Below are positions 46,321 through 55,487 of a stretch of 64,000 nt of DNA, one piece after another (position 1 is the first letter of the stretch; each line of letters starts with the position of its first letter). The notes under the pieces are model-generated. The model did not search any database and was not told the origin of the DNA. It was given only the letters and a program-made list of their open reading frames with translations. Source of the stretch: Armatimonadota bacterium (GTDB lineage Bacteria; Armatimonadota; Fimbriimonadia; Fimbriimonadales; GBS-DC); NCBI GenBank assembly GCA_037445735.1, contig JBBIJY010000012.1:1-64000 (forward strand), written 5' to 3'. The translations under genes and the position numbers were made by a program.

Positions 46321-48138
46321 ATGTTCAGCGAGTCTCTGGTGCCGGAATACACCCTGCGCTGGAACCTGTATGGCGCAGGGCTGGAAAATCTGGGTCGGGC
46401 GGGCAAGCCGGAGCGCGTGCCCACGCCGAGACCCGCTCCCACGCAACTGCTCGTGCGCATGGATGCCGTCGGCATCTGCTACAGTGACCTCAAAATCGTG
46501 CGGCTGGGCGAACAGCACCCGAAAATCCGGCGCGATCTGCGTCGCCACCCTGTGGTGATGGGGCACGAAATCGCCTGCACGATTGCCGCCGTCGGCGAGC
46601 ACCTTCAGCACCGCTTCCTGCCAGGCGAGCGCTATGTGGTGCAGGCGGATGTCTACCGCAACGGCAAAAACATGGCGATTGGCTACGCGCTGGATGGCGG
46701 CTTCACGCAGTACGGTCTGATCACCGAGCCGGCGCTGTTTGGCGATGACGGCTGCTATCTGCTGCGCTGCCCGGAGCATCTCTCATATGCGGAGGCTGCG
46801 CTGGTGGAGCCGTGGGCGTGCGTGGTCGCCAGCTATCGGTTGCGCCCGCGCCCGACGCCGCGCCCGAACGCTCGCTGGCTCGTGATTCTGCCGCACAGCC
46901 ACGAGGTGCGGTATCGCTGTCGCGCCCTTGAAAGCCTGCAGGTGGAGCGGGACGGCGGCATCGCCCTTATCGTTCACGACCCGCGGGGCAACCCGCTGAT
47001 GGACGCCTTCCTGAAAACGGCGCAGCGGCTCGGCATGCGAACCCACACGCTCACGGTGGAGCCAGCGCCGTGCCTGACGGGCGAGTGGCTGCCCGAAGTC
47101 AAAGCGCGGTTCACCAGTGGCGAGGGCTTCGACGATGTGCTGCTGTTTGGCGAGCCGACGCCATCCCTGCTCAAAGCCTGCATCGACGCGCTCGCGTACG
47201 GAGGGCACCTGAGCTTCACCTGCCATCGCCCCCTGCCGCCCGTCGCCGTCGATATCGGACGCCTGCACTACGACCGCCTGATGATTATGGGCACAATCAG
47301 CTGGGACATCACCGACGCATGGAGCCGCACGCGCTCCACCGCCCTCCAGCCCAACGAGAGCCTGCTGATCCTGGGCGCGGGCGGACCAATGGGGCAGATG
47401 CACCTGCACTACGCGCTGAGTCAGCCCGACCCGCCTGAACGAATCGTGCTGGTCGATCGCCACGCGGAGCGCCTGAGCGTGCTGAAGGCAATCGCAGACC
47501 AGCTGCGTAAAGAATCCCCCCTCACCCTTACAAAGGGGGGAGAGGGGTCAGGGAGCGGAGGAACCCAGCCTCCAGAGCTGCACTTCTATAACGCGGCGGG
47601 CGTGCCGCCAGAGCGCCAGCAAGAGGAGTTGCGGGCGTTCAGCCCCTTCGGATACAGCCAGATTATGTGCCTCTCTTCCGCGCCAGAAGCGGTTGCATTA
47701 GCGTACCCGCTGCTGGGCGATGGGGGCGTGCTGAATCTGTTTGCGGGCATCCCGCGCGGTGTGGAACTTGCGCTCGATCTGACACCGCTGGCGACGCGCC
47801 ACCTGCGCCTGATGGGCAGCAGCGGCTCCAGCATGAGCGATATGGCGCATTGCCTGCAGCTGACCGCCGACGGCGTACTGCCTGTGCGACGGGTGCTGAG
47901 CGCGGTTGGCGGGCTGAACGCCCTGCCCGAAGCGTTGCAGGCGGTTCAGGCGCACCGCTATACAGGCAAGGTGGTACTGTTCCCCAACCTGCCCGAACTG
48001 CCATTGATGGGGCTGGACGAACTGCCTCACCAGCTGCCTGAGGTCGCGCACCATCTGGAGGATGGGCGATTCTGGACGCCTGCCGCAGAACACGCCCTGT
48101 TTGAATATTATCATCAAAGGTATACTTCTGACGGGTGA
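46321..48138 (+). CDS. Zinc-binding alcohol dehydrogenase-like (sorbose-1-P reductase type, extended)
   Basis: GICYSD, GHE, ALVEPWACV, LGAGGPMG, GSSGS. Confidence 0.75.
   Translation: MFSESLVPEYTLRWNLYGAGLENLGRAGKPERVPTPRPAPTQLLVRMDAVGICYSDLKIVRLGEQHPKIRRDLRRHPVVMGHEIACTIAAVGEHLQHRFLPGERYVVQADVYRNGKNMAIGYALDGGFTQYGLITEPALFGDDGCYLLRCPEHLSYAEAALVEPWACVVASYRLRPRPTPRPNARWLVILPHSHEVRYRCRALESLQVERDGGIALIVHDPRGNPLMDAFLKTAQRLGMRTHTLTVEPAPCLTGEWLPEVKARFTSGEGFDDVLLFGEPTPSLLKACIDALAYGGHLSFTCHRPLPPVAVDIGRLHYDRLMIMGTISWDITDAWSRTRSTALQPNESLLILGAGGPMGQMHLHYALSQPDPPERIVLVDRHAERLSVLKAIADQLRKESPLTLTKGGEGSGSGGTQPPELHFYNAAGVPPERQQEELRAFSPFGYSQIMCLSSAPEAVALAYPLLGDGGVLNLFAGIPRGVELALDLTPLATRHLRLMGSSGSSMSDMAHCLQLTADGVLPVRRVLSAVGGLNALPEALQAVQAHRYTGKVVLFPNLPELPLMGLDELPHQLPEVAHHLEDGRFWTPAAEHALFEYYHQRYTSDG
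47515..47553. repeat. Degenerate palindromic element in frame inside the dehydrogenase CDS
   Basis: TCCCCCCTCACCCTTACAAAGGGGGGAGAGGGGTCAGGG encoding SPLTLTKGGEGSG. Confidence 0.55.
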
Positions 48139-48145
48139 CGGACGG

Positions 48146-49693
48146 ATGACCGCGACGATGGCGATATTGACCCTGCTGATGGTGCTGCTCGGCGGCATCA
48201 TCGCTTACGGCGGCGACTGGCTCGGACGGCGACTGGGCAAACAGCGCCTGAGCCTGCTGGGACTGCGCCCGCGATACACCGCGACGCTCATCACCACGCT
48301 CACCGGCTGTCTGACCGTCGCGCTGACCATCACGACGATGACGCTGGTGAACGAGGCGTTCCGCGAATGGATTATGCGCGGCGACCAGATTCTGATGGAG
48401 CTGCGCCGTAACGAGCGCGCGCTGAGCCAGCGTGCAAAGGAGCTGAAGGCGTTGCAGGACGATGTTCGGCAGATGACAGACGAGCTTGGGCAGCTGCGCT
48501 CCCAGAATGACGCACTCAAACAGCAGGAACAGGACCTGCGCGGGCAACTGCAGGCGCGACAGGCGCAGTTAGCTCAAGCCGAGACGCATCTGCGGCAGGT
48601 CGAATACCTCCTTCGGGCAGAAACGGAGCGCGTGCGCCAGCTCAGCGCCCAGAGCCAGCAACTGCGCCAGCGCGTGGCAACCCTCCGACAGGAGCGCGAC
48701 ACCCTCCAGCAGGAAATCCGCCAGCTGGAACAGACCCAGCAGGTGCTGAACAACCAGAACAGCGTCCTCTCGCGCCAGAGCATCGAACTCACCCGCGAGA
48801 ACGCCCAGCTCGAAAAGCAGAACCAGCAACTCCATGAGCAGAACAGCCAGCTGGAGGAGCGCAATCGGCAGCTGACGGAGCGCAATCGCGAGCTGGCAGA
48901 GCAAAATAGCCGGCTGCTCGACATCGCCGCCGAGCGTCGGAGCCGACTGGAGCAACTCCAGCGCGAGGTGAGCGACCTGCTGAAGCTGGTCAACATCCGC
49001 ATCATGCCGATCGCTGTCCATGCGGGCGAGGAGCTGACCCGCGTCGCCTTCCGTGCAGGGTTGAGTGAGGTGCGCGTGCGCCAGATGCTTGTTGACATGA
49101 TGAAGCAGGCAGCGGAGAAGGCGCGGGAGCGCGGCGCCGCGCCCGACAGCGACGGACGCATCGTGTTCATTCCCGAAAAGGTGGTGCGGCTCGCCTCTGG
49201 CGAACAGGTCACGGTGAGCGAAGCTGCCAGCCTGGAGACGATCCTGACCAATATCCGCGCCTCGAACGAGCCTGTGGTCGCGATTGTGTCCGCCGTCACC
49301 AACACCGCGAAGGGCGAACCCGTGCCTGTGGAGGTCCGACTCTTCCGCAATCCCCTTATCTTCCATGCAGGTCAGGAAATCGCCCGCACCGTGCTGGATT
49401 GCCGTGAAGGGAAGGATCCCTTCGCGCAGATGGTGGCGTTTCTGCAGGGCGCTATTCGCCAGACCGCGATTGAAGCGGGGCTGATTCCGCGCCTGGAGGC
49501 GTTGGGGGCGCAACCGACGGTGGGTGAGATGGACGCCGCCGTGCTGCTCGCCATCGCGGAGAAAGCCCGCCGCTGCCCTGGCGACCGCGCCGTGCTGATC
49601 GCGCGCGCCCGTCAGGACACCCGCGCCAGCGACCCGCTCCAGCTGGAGTTCGAAGTGTTGCCCCTCTCCGCATCGGCAGGACACGGCGGCTGA
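48146..49693 (+). CDS. DUF3084 domain coiled-coil membrane protein
   Basis: GGIIAYGGDWLGRRLGKQRLSLLGLRPRYTA, long heptad region. Confidence 0.8.
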   Translation: MTATMAILTLLMVLLGGIIAYGGDWLGRRLGKQRLSLLGLRPRYTATLITTLTGCLTVALTITTMTLVNEAFREWIMRGDQILMELRRNERALSQRAKELKALQDDVRQMTDELGQLRSQNDALKQQEQDLRGQLQARQAQLAQAETHLRQVEYLLRAETERVRQLSAQSQQLRQRVATLRQERDTLQQEIRQLEQTQQVLNNQNSVLSRQSIELTRENAQLEKQNQQLHEQNSQLEERNRQLTERNRELAEQNSRLLDIAAERRSRLEQLQREVSDLLKLVNIRIMPIAVHAGEELTRVAFRAGLSEVRVRQMLVDMMKQAAEKARERGAAPDSDGRIVFIPEKVVRLASGEQVTVSEAASLETILTNIRASNEPVVAIVSAVTNTAKGEPVPVEVRLFRNPLIFHAGQEIARTVLDCREGKDPFAQMVAFLQGAIRQTAIEAGLIPRLEALGAQPTVGEMDAAVLLAIAEKARRCPGDRAVLIARARQDTRASDPLQLEFEVLPLSASAGHGG

Positions 49694-49712
49694 ACCCGCG
49701 AATCGAGAGGCT

Positions 49713-50552
49713 ATGCAGGAACGATTGCTCGGCGCGCACATGTCCACTGCGGGCGGACTGCAGAACGCGCTCTATAAAGGCAAAGCGATTGGCTGCACTG
49801 CCGTGCAACTGTTCACAGTCAGCCCGCGCCAGTGGCAGCCTGTGCAGGTCAGCCCTGAACAGGTTGAGGCGTTCCAGCGCGCGCGGGAGGAGACGGGCAT
49901 TCAATGCGTCGTCTCGCACGCCGTGTACCTTATCAATCTCGCCGCGTCCGACCCCAGCACGCGGCGCCGATCGTTCGAAGCCTATCTGACGGAGCTGCAG
50001 CGGTGCGCCGCGCTGGGCATCCCCTACGCCGTGCTCCATATGGGTTCGAACCCCGATTTTGAAGCGGGCATGCGCCTGCTGATTGAGAGCCTGCGCCTGC
50101 TGCTGCAGGAGATGCCCGACGGTGTTTTCATCGCGATGGAGACGATGGCGGGACAGGGGTCATCGCTCTGCTATCGGTTCGAGCATTTCACGCGCATTCT
50201 GGAGGCGTTGCCCAGCGAGCGACTGGTCATCTGCGCCGATAGCTGCCACCTGTTCGCCGCGGGCTACGACCTGCGCGACCCCGAATCGTACGAAGCCGTC
50301 TGGCAGGAGTTTGACCGCCTGATCGGGCTGGAACGGTTGCGCGTGTGGCATCTGAACGATTCTAAAAAGCCGCTCGGCTCGCGCGTCGATCGGCACGAGC
50401 ATATCGGCTTCGGCGAGCTGGGCGAGCAGGCGTTTCGGCGCATTATCAACGATCCGCGTTTCGCTCACCTGCCGATGCTATTAGAGACGCCCGACGACAC
50501 CCGCTTCGAGGAAGACCTCGCCCGCCTGCGAGGTTATCTTCTCTGCTCCTGA
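49713..50552 (+). CDS. nfo: Endonuclease IV
   Basis: LGAHMS, HAVYLINLA, ETMAGQG, DSCHLFAAGYD, HLNDSK, DRHEHIG, LETP. Confidence 0.93.
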   Translation: MQERLLGAHMSTAGGLQNALYKGKAIGCTAVQLFTVSPRQWQPVQVSPEQVEAFQRAREETGIQCVVSHAVYLINLAASDPSTRRRSFEAYLTELQRCAALGIPYAVLHMGSNPDFEAGMRLLIESLRLLLQEMPDGVFIAMETMAGQGSSLCYRFEHFTRILEALPSERLVICADSCHLFAAGYDLRDPESYEAVWQEFDRLIGLERLRVWHLNDSKKPLGSRVDRHEHIGFGELGEQAFRRIINDPRFAHLPMLLETPDDTRFEEDLARLRGYLLCS

Positions 50553-50564
50553 CAGGGGACTGAA

Positions 50565-50602
50565 CCTCTCCCCCAGAGGGGGAGAGGGTACAGGTGAGGG
50601 GG
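50565..50602 (-). repeat. REP-like element
   Basis: CCTCTCCCCC-AGA-GGGGGAGAGGGTACAGGTGAGGGG. Confidence 0.85.
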
Positions 50603-50627
50603 CTGAGTGCCTCACACCTGTGGGAAA

Positions 50628-50665
50628 CCCCTCACCCCTACCCTCTCCCACGCTGCGGGAGAGGG
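50628..50665 (+). repeat. REP-like element (inverted partner)
   Basis: CCCCTCACCCCTACCCTCTCCCA-CGCTGC-GGGAGAGGG. Confidence 0.85.
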
Positions 50666-50762
50666 AGACACCCTGTAGCAGGGCTTTCTTACCCCCGTCG
50701 CGCTCTGGCTCAATAAAATCAAACTGAGCCTCAGGAATTTTCAGCGGAAAAGCCCGCAGGAC

Positions 50763-50792
50763 TTGACTTTTTTGTCATGCAGGGGGTATAAT
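50763..50792 (+). promoter_or_regulatory. sigma70-type promoter, near-leaderless
   Basis: TTGACT-N18-TATAAT; ATG 9 nt downstream. Confidence 0.7.
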
Positions 50793-50801
50793 CGGCGCAG
50801 G

Positions 50802-51197
50802 ATGAGAAGAGCCTATCCGCAGCCGACGCGCTGCCCGATATGCAACGGCAAACTGCAGGTGACGCAACTTACCTGCGAGGAGTGCGGCACCAGCCTTCAG
50901 GGGCAGTTCCAGTCGTGCCGATTCTGCACGCTGGATGCGGAGCAGCTGCGCTTTCTGGAGGTGTTCCTGCGGGCGCGCGGGATGTTAGCGGGCGTGGAGC
51001 GCGAGCTGGGCATCAGCTACCCGACCGCCCGCAACAAGCTGGACGCGCTCCTGCTCGCGCTGGGGCTGGCGCCCATCCCGCAACCTCCCAAAGAGAACGA
51101 AGCCATCGCCCGCCAGCAGCGCGAGATTCTCGATATGCTGGAGCAGGGACAAATCACCGCCGAAGAGGCAGCCCGAAAACTCAGAGCATTACGCTAA
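50802..51197 (+). CDS. DUF2089 family Zn-ribbon/HTH protein
   Basis: CPIC...CEEC, ELGISYPTARNKL, SHOCT-like ILDMLEQGQITAEEA. Confidence 0.85.
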   Translation: MRRAYPQPTRCPICNGKLQVTQLTCEECGTSLQGQFQSCRFCTLDAEQLRFLEVFLRARGMLAGVERELGISYPTARNKLDALLLALGLAPIPQPPKENEAIARQQREILDMLEQGQITAEEAARKLRALR

Positions 51198-51210
51198 CGG
51201 AGGCACACCC

Positions 51211-52404
51211 ATGAGAGAGGAGATTCTGCGCATTTTGCGCCTGGTGGAACAGGGGCGCATCAAGCCCGACGAGGCAGCCGAACTGATCGATGCCCTGACC
51301 GCAGCCGAGCGCGGCGCGCCCACCGAAGCGCCCGAAACCGAACGGGAGCGCACCGACGAGGAGACACGCCACCTCTTTGAGCGCATCACCCGCGCCACCG
51401 AAGAAGCCGTGCGCGGCGTCAACTGGCGCGCGATTGTGGACACCATCCGCACGCAGACCCAGCGCGGACTCGAAGAGATGCGCCGGGCGCTCGAAGAGCT
51501 CGAACGCGAGGGCTGGGGTTTCCCCCGCTGGCACAAACACGAAGTCAGCACCGAGCAAAAGATGGAGTTCGCCCTCCAGCCAGGGCAGACCGTCGAGGTG
51601 CGGCTCCCTGCAGGCGACCTTATCATCACTGGCGGTTTCGACGGGGGACGGGTCGAGACCGAAGCCCGCCTGCGGGGCGCCCATCCCGACACCCTCCAGC
51701 ACAAACTGCGCGACTGGAGCCTGCTCATCGAACAGACCGACACAGGCGTGCGAATCCGACCGCCCGAACTGGAAGGCGGCGTCGAGCAGATTATCGACCT
51801 CACCCTGCAGCTGCCGCGTCAGGTGAACCTGATTGTGCGCACCGAGCGGGGCGATATTCGCGTCGAGAAGCTGGACGGCGAGCTGCAGCTGCACGCCACG
51901 CACGGCGACCTGAGCCTGCACCACCTCACGGGCACGCTACAGGCGACCACCGCGCGCGGCGACATCTATCTGGAGAACTTCAAGGGCGCCCGCATCCAGA
52001 TGGATGCCCAGAGCGGCGACCTCTACCTGCGCGACGCCGAAGCCGAGCAGGTGCGCCTGCACGCCACCCACGGCGATGTGTCCATCGAACGCCTCAACAC
52101 GCAACACCTGAGCGTCGAAACCGTCAAAGGGGATGTGAGGGTGGAGCTGACCCAGCCGCTCACAGGTGAGGTGCAACTGACCACCGTCAGCGGCGATATC
52201 GAGCTGTGCCTGCCCGACGGCAACGACTGCCAGGTGTCGTTGCGCACGGTGGCGGGCGATCTGGAGTGCGACCTGACCGCCCGCTCGGTCAGCCGGAGTC
52301 GCAATCAGTACGAATGCATCTGTGGGGAGGGCAGGGGCACGCTCCGCGCCGAAGCCGTGCATGGCGATGTGCGCGTCAGCCTGCGCCCGCACGAGACTTG
52401 CTAA
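51211..52404 (+). CDS. DUF4097 beta-strand repeat protein with an N-terminal SHOCT-like domain (YvlB/LiaX-like)
   Basis: ILRLVEQGRIKPDEAAELIDAL; repeated T-x-x-GD motifs. Confidence 0.82.
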   Translation: MREEILRILRLVEQGRIKPDEAAELIDALTAAERGAPTEAPETERERTDEETRHLFERITRATEEAVRGVNWRAIVDTIRTQTQRGLEEMRRALEELEREGWGFPRWHKHEVSTEQKMEFALQPGQTVEVRLPAGDLIITGGFDGGRVETEARLRGAHPDTLQHKLRDWSLLIEQTDTGVRIRPPELEGGVEQIIDLTLQLPRQVNLIVRTERGDIRVEKLDGELQLHATHGDLSLHHLTGTLQATTARGDIYLENFKGARIQMDAQSGDLYLRDAEAEQVRLHATHGDVSIERLNTQHLSVETVKGDVRVELTQPLTGEVQLTTVSGDIELCLPDGNDCQVSLRTVAGDLECDLTARSVSRSRNQYECICGEGRGTLRAEAVHGDVRVSLRPHETC

Positions 52405-52437
52405 CCCAGGCAACTCAATCAAGGTGAGACGGCTGTT

Positions 52438-52464
52438 GCCCCTGCCAGCGGCAGGGGCTTTTTT
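52438..52464 (+). terminator. Intrinsic terminator
   Basis: GCCCCTGCC-AGC-GGCAGGGGC-TTTTTT. Confidence 0.8.
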
Positions 52465-53524
52465 ACACATTGAACCGTATCTGGATGACATCTCCGTCGT
52501 TAAGGGGATGGTCGCGCCCGACCAGATGGGTTTTGCCGGCGCGGTGAGCGGCGTGCCAGCCACCTGCAGCGATCACCTCGTCAGCGGGGCACACCTCCGC
52601 GCGGATGAAGCCCTTCGCCATATCGGTGTGGATGGTGGCGGCGGCTTCGATGGCGGTTGCGCCCCGTCGCACCAGCCACGCGCGCACATCGCCCCCCACC
52701 AGCGTGTAGAACCGCTGGATGCCGAGCTGGTCGTACACCGTCTGCACCAGCGCGGTCAGGCGCGGCTCGGTCAACCCCACCATCTGCAGGAAGGGCGATC
52801 GCTCATCGGGCGGCAGCTGTTGCAGTTCGCGTTCGAAGGGCGCACAGAGCGCGACGAGCGGGATGCCCGCCTGCTCGCAGAGCGACGCCAGCGACCGATA
52901 GCGGGCGTCGCTGGCTTCGTTGCCCAGCAGCCTCTCGGCAAGGTTGGCAACCGCCACGAACGGCTTGAGCGTGAGCAGTCCGAACCCGCGCAGGCGAGCC
53001 GCGACTTCGGGCGTGAACGCGAGCGTGCGCGGGCGTTCCCCGCGCGCCAGCACCGTGCGCAGCTCGCCCAGCGCCTGCGACTCGGCACGGTCGCCCGCGC
53101 CCTCCTTATGCGATTGGAAGAGTCGCTCCAGCCGCTCCAGCCGATTCTCGATCACCTGCAAATCGCTCAGGATGCATTCGTCCAGCCAGAAGCGCAGGTC
53201 GCGCGCGGGATCGATGGGCGCGTGATAGGGCGCGTAGGGGTTCTCAAACAGGCGCAGGATGCACACCAGCGCGTCCATCGTGCGGGCAGCCGTCAGCGCG
53301 GCACGCACGGTTGCTGGGCGGTCGGGGAAGGTGTCGGGCAGGTCGTCGTGCCACTCCAGCGCGGCGGGCACCACCTTGCGGGCATGTTCGAGCGCGGCGA
53401 GCTGTTCCAGTCGCGGGTCGGGCAGTGGCACGGTTGCCACGCCCTCACGCGCGTGCCCGCCCGACGCCGCCTCGAACAGCGTCGTTCGCCCGCTCAGCGG
53501 CAGACCGAGAATGCCGATTTTCAT
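52463..53524 (-). CDS. YchF/DUF933-like ATPase, divergent
   Basis: MKIGILGLPLSGRTTLF, PDPRL, LLTLKP, IHTDMAKGFIRAEV, DGDVIQIRFNV. Confidence 0.82.
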   Translation of the reverse strand: MKIGILGLPLSGRTTLFEAASGGHAREGVATVPLPDPRLEQLAALEHARKVVPAALEWHDDLPDTFPDRPATVRAALTAARTMDALVCILRLFENPYAPYHAPIDPARDLRFWLDECILSDLQVIENRLERLERLFQSHKEGAGDRAESQALGELRTVLARGERPRTLAFTPEVAARLRGFGLLTLKPFVAVANLAERLLGNEASDARYRSLASLCEQAGIPLVALCAPFERELQQLPPDERSPFLQMVGLTEPRLTALVQTVYDQLGIQRFYTLVGGDVRAWLVRRGATAIEAAATIHTDMAKGFIRAEVCPADEVIAAGGWHAAHRAGKTHLVGRDHPLNDGDVIQIRFNV

Positions 53525-53670
53525 CGTCGGAACTCGATGCGGAGTGGGGGACGCGCCTCGCGCGTCGGCAGCCACCAGAACCAGTAGAGGATAGCTGCGA
53601 GCGCAGCCAGCAAAAGCAAAATGCGCCCGCCACGCCCGATGCCCCGCCGTCTCCGCCCCACTCGCGCCAT
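53521..53670 (-). CDS. 49-aa Arg-rich single-TM small protein (absent from the ORF track)
   Basis: MARVGRRRRGIGRGGRILLLLAALAAILYWFWWLPTREARPPLRIEFRR; ATGA overlap with the YchF-like start; TATCCT 8 nt upstream. Confidence 0.7.
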   Translation of the reverse strand: MARVGRRRRGIGRGGRILLLLAALAAILYWFWWLPTREARPPLRIEFRR

Positions 53671-53745
53671 CACCCTTTAGGATACCTTCGCCCGCAACCG
53701 ACCTCAGCTGCTGTGCTCGGACTGGCGCTGCAACGAGCGGAAAGG

Positions 53746-55485
53746 CTAACCTCTTATTAGCCCCTCTACAAACTTTTCGGGGGTCAGCCCGCTTTCGTTC
53801 ACATGGGTGATGCGCGACCAGCCTGAGGGACCATCGCCAGTGGCAATCTCCAGCCATTTTTGCGCCAGTTGCTGTCTGGTGAGAGGCATCACCCATTTCG
53901 CGCCCGATTGCTCGCACTCCTGGCGGAGACGATCCCAGTTGACCAGCCAGGCGTACCAGAGAGGCAGTCGCGCAATTTGCACGCGCCAGCGCAGGTCGGG
54001 ATGATGGCGCACTGCCCGTTCCGCGCGCTCCCATAACTGCTCGGCGCGCGAGAGCACCGCATAGCGCAGATAGGGCGCTTTGTCGGGCGCGGTGAAACAG
54101 CCCATATAGAACTCCTTCGCCGCCTCGTGCATCAGGCGCATATAGTCGCGAATGGAGCGCGCCGCGCCGCCATAATAGCCGCGCAGGAACTCGTCAATCA
54201 GCGGGCGGTCGTCCTGATAGGGGTTCCACAGCAGTTGCGCCAGCACCCACGCGCGCAGTTCCGCCATCTCCGCGCCATGCGACTGATACGCGCCCTGTTC
54301 GAACAGCCCGCGCACGCCGTGCCGATGAAAGAAGCGCACATTCGGTCCGAGCGAGAACCAGTTCGGATGCGGCATGATGTAATGGGCGAAGTTGGTAGTG
54401 TAGTCCCACACATAGAGGCGACTGGTCAGTCGGCTCCAGTCGCGGAGGTCGCGGGCGAACTCGGCATTGCTCGGATGCTCCAGCGGTTGCGCAAAGTTGC
54501 ACTCGATGGAGCAGAGGCGCACAATCACATTCGGGCGCGGGCGGATCGTTCTGGGTGCGCGGCGCGTGTACCAGTACGCCAGTGTATCAAAGGCGACCGA
54601 TGGGAACTCCCGCTCCAGCTGCTCGGCGATATAGTTGACCATCGTCAGCACGGAAGCGGCGGGCGTGCCCTCCCGCTCGTCGAGGGCGCGGCAGGCGTCG
54701 CACTGGCATGCGCCTGTCCAGTCGTTCTGGGAGATGGACACGATGCCCGCCTGCGGGTTCGCTTTCAGCCATTCACGCACGCGCGCCACCAGAAACGCCC
54801 GCAGCTGGGGGTTCGTGGTGCAAAGCTGTCCACGCTCCCACTGGCGCTTGCCGTCGATAAGGCTGAACCATTCAGGGTGTCGGGGAAAGTATTCCTGGGG
54901 AGGCACGAGCGCGTAGAAGGTATGCACGAAGCCCACATACTGGATTTTGCCGCCGCGCGTCTCGTCAAGGCGGGCGTGATGCCCGTTATAGTAGTTGCGC
55001 GCCGCCCAGTCGCCGTCAAAAGCGTGATACCAGAACGGCTCGCGATACTCGAAAGCGGGCTGTTCGTTGATATTCAGCGCGGGGATTCGCAGGGTGCGTC
55101 GGCGCGGGATGGTGCTTGCCCACGGCGTCCACCAGCGCACGCCGCAGAAGGTGTGCAGGAAGCGATAGACGGCGTAGAGCGTGCCGCGCGGTCGCCCGCC
55201 CGTCAGCAGGAGATAGCGTTCGCGCGTGCGCATCACCACCTCCTCGCCGCCCAGGCTGTCCCACGCCACATTCGGGAAGAGCCGCCGCGCGACTTCGCCC
55301 ACGCCCACAATAATCGCTGCGGGAGGCAGGTTTGCAGGGGCTGCCTCCCGCAGTTCAAACGATGCGCCCGTGATCTGGTCAAGGTGCAGGCGAAGCTCGT
55401 CCGCCGCATGGCGTTCAGCGGGCGTCGCACCCGCCTGAACCAGGATCGGCATCTTTGCTCGCCCGCGCTCCGCCAGCGTGATCAT
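53746..55485 (-). CDS. DUF4838 domain protein (glycoside hydrolase-like)
   Basis: RGTLYAVYRFL-x3-CGVRWW, PAFEYRE, HPEWFSL, QLCTTNP, LAYWYT, VWDY. Confidence 0.78.
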   Translation of the reverse strand: MITLAERGRAKMPILVQAGATPAERHAADELRLHLDQITGASFELREAAPANLPPAAIIVGVGEVARRLFPNVAWDSLGGEEVVMRTRERYLLLTGGRPRGTLYAVYRFLHTFCGVRWWTPWASTIPRRRTLRIPALNINEQPAFEYREPFWYHAFDGDWAARNYYNGHHARLDETRGGKIQYVGFVHTFYALVPPQEYFPRHPEWFSLIDGKRQWERGQLCTTNPQLRAFLVARVREWLKANPQAGIVSISQNDWTGACQCDACRALDEREGTPAASVLTMVNYIAEQLEREFPSVAFDTLAYWYTRRAPRTIRPRPNVIVRLCSIECNFAQPLEHPSNAEFARDLRDWSRLTSRLYVWDYTTNFAHYIMPHPNWFSLGPNVRFFHRHGVRGLFEQGAYQSHGAEMAELRAWVLAQLLWNPYQDDRPLIDEFLRGYYGGAARSIRDYMRLMHEAAKEFYMGCFTAPDKAPYLRYAVLSRAEQLWERAERAVRHHPDLRWRVQIARLPLWYAWLVNWDRLRQECEQSGAKWVMPLTRQQLAQKWLEIATGDGPSGWSRITHVNESGLTPEKFVEGLIRG

Positions 55486-55487
55486 CT

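Noticed and set aside
48780-48915. Heptad E-x-N-x-x-L repeats in DUF3084
   Set aside because: Ordinary coiled-coil periodicity without exact DNA repeats
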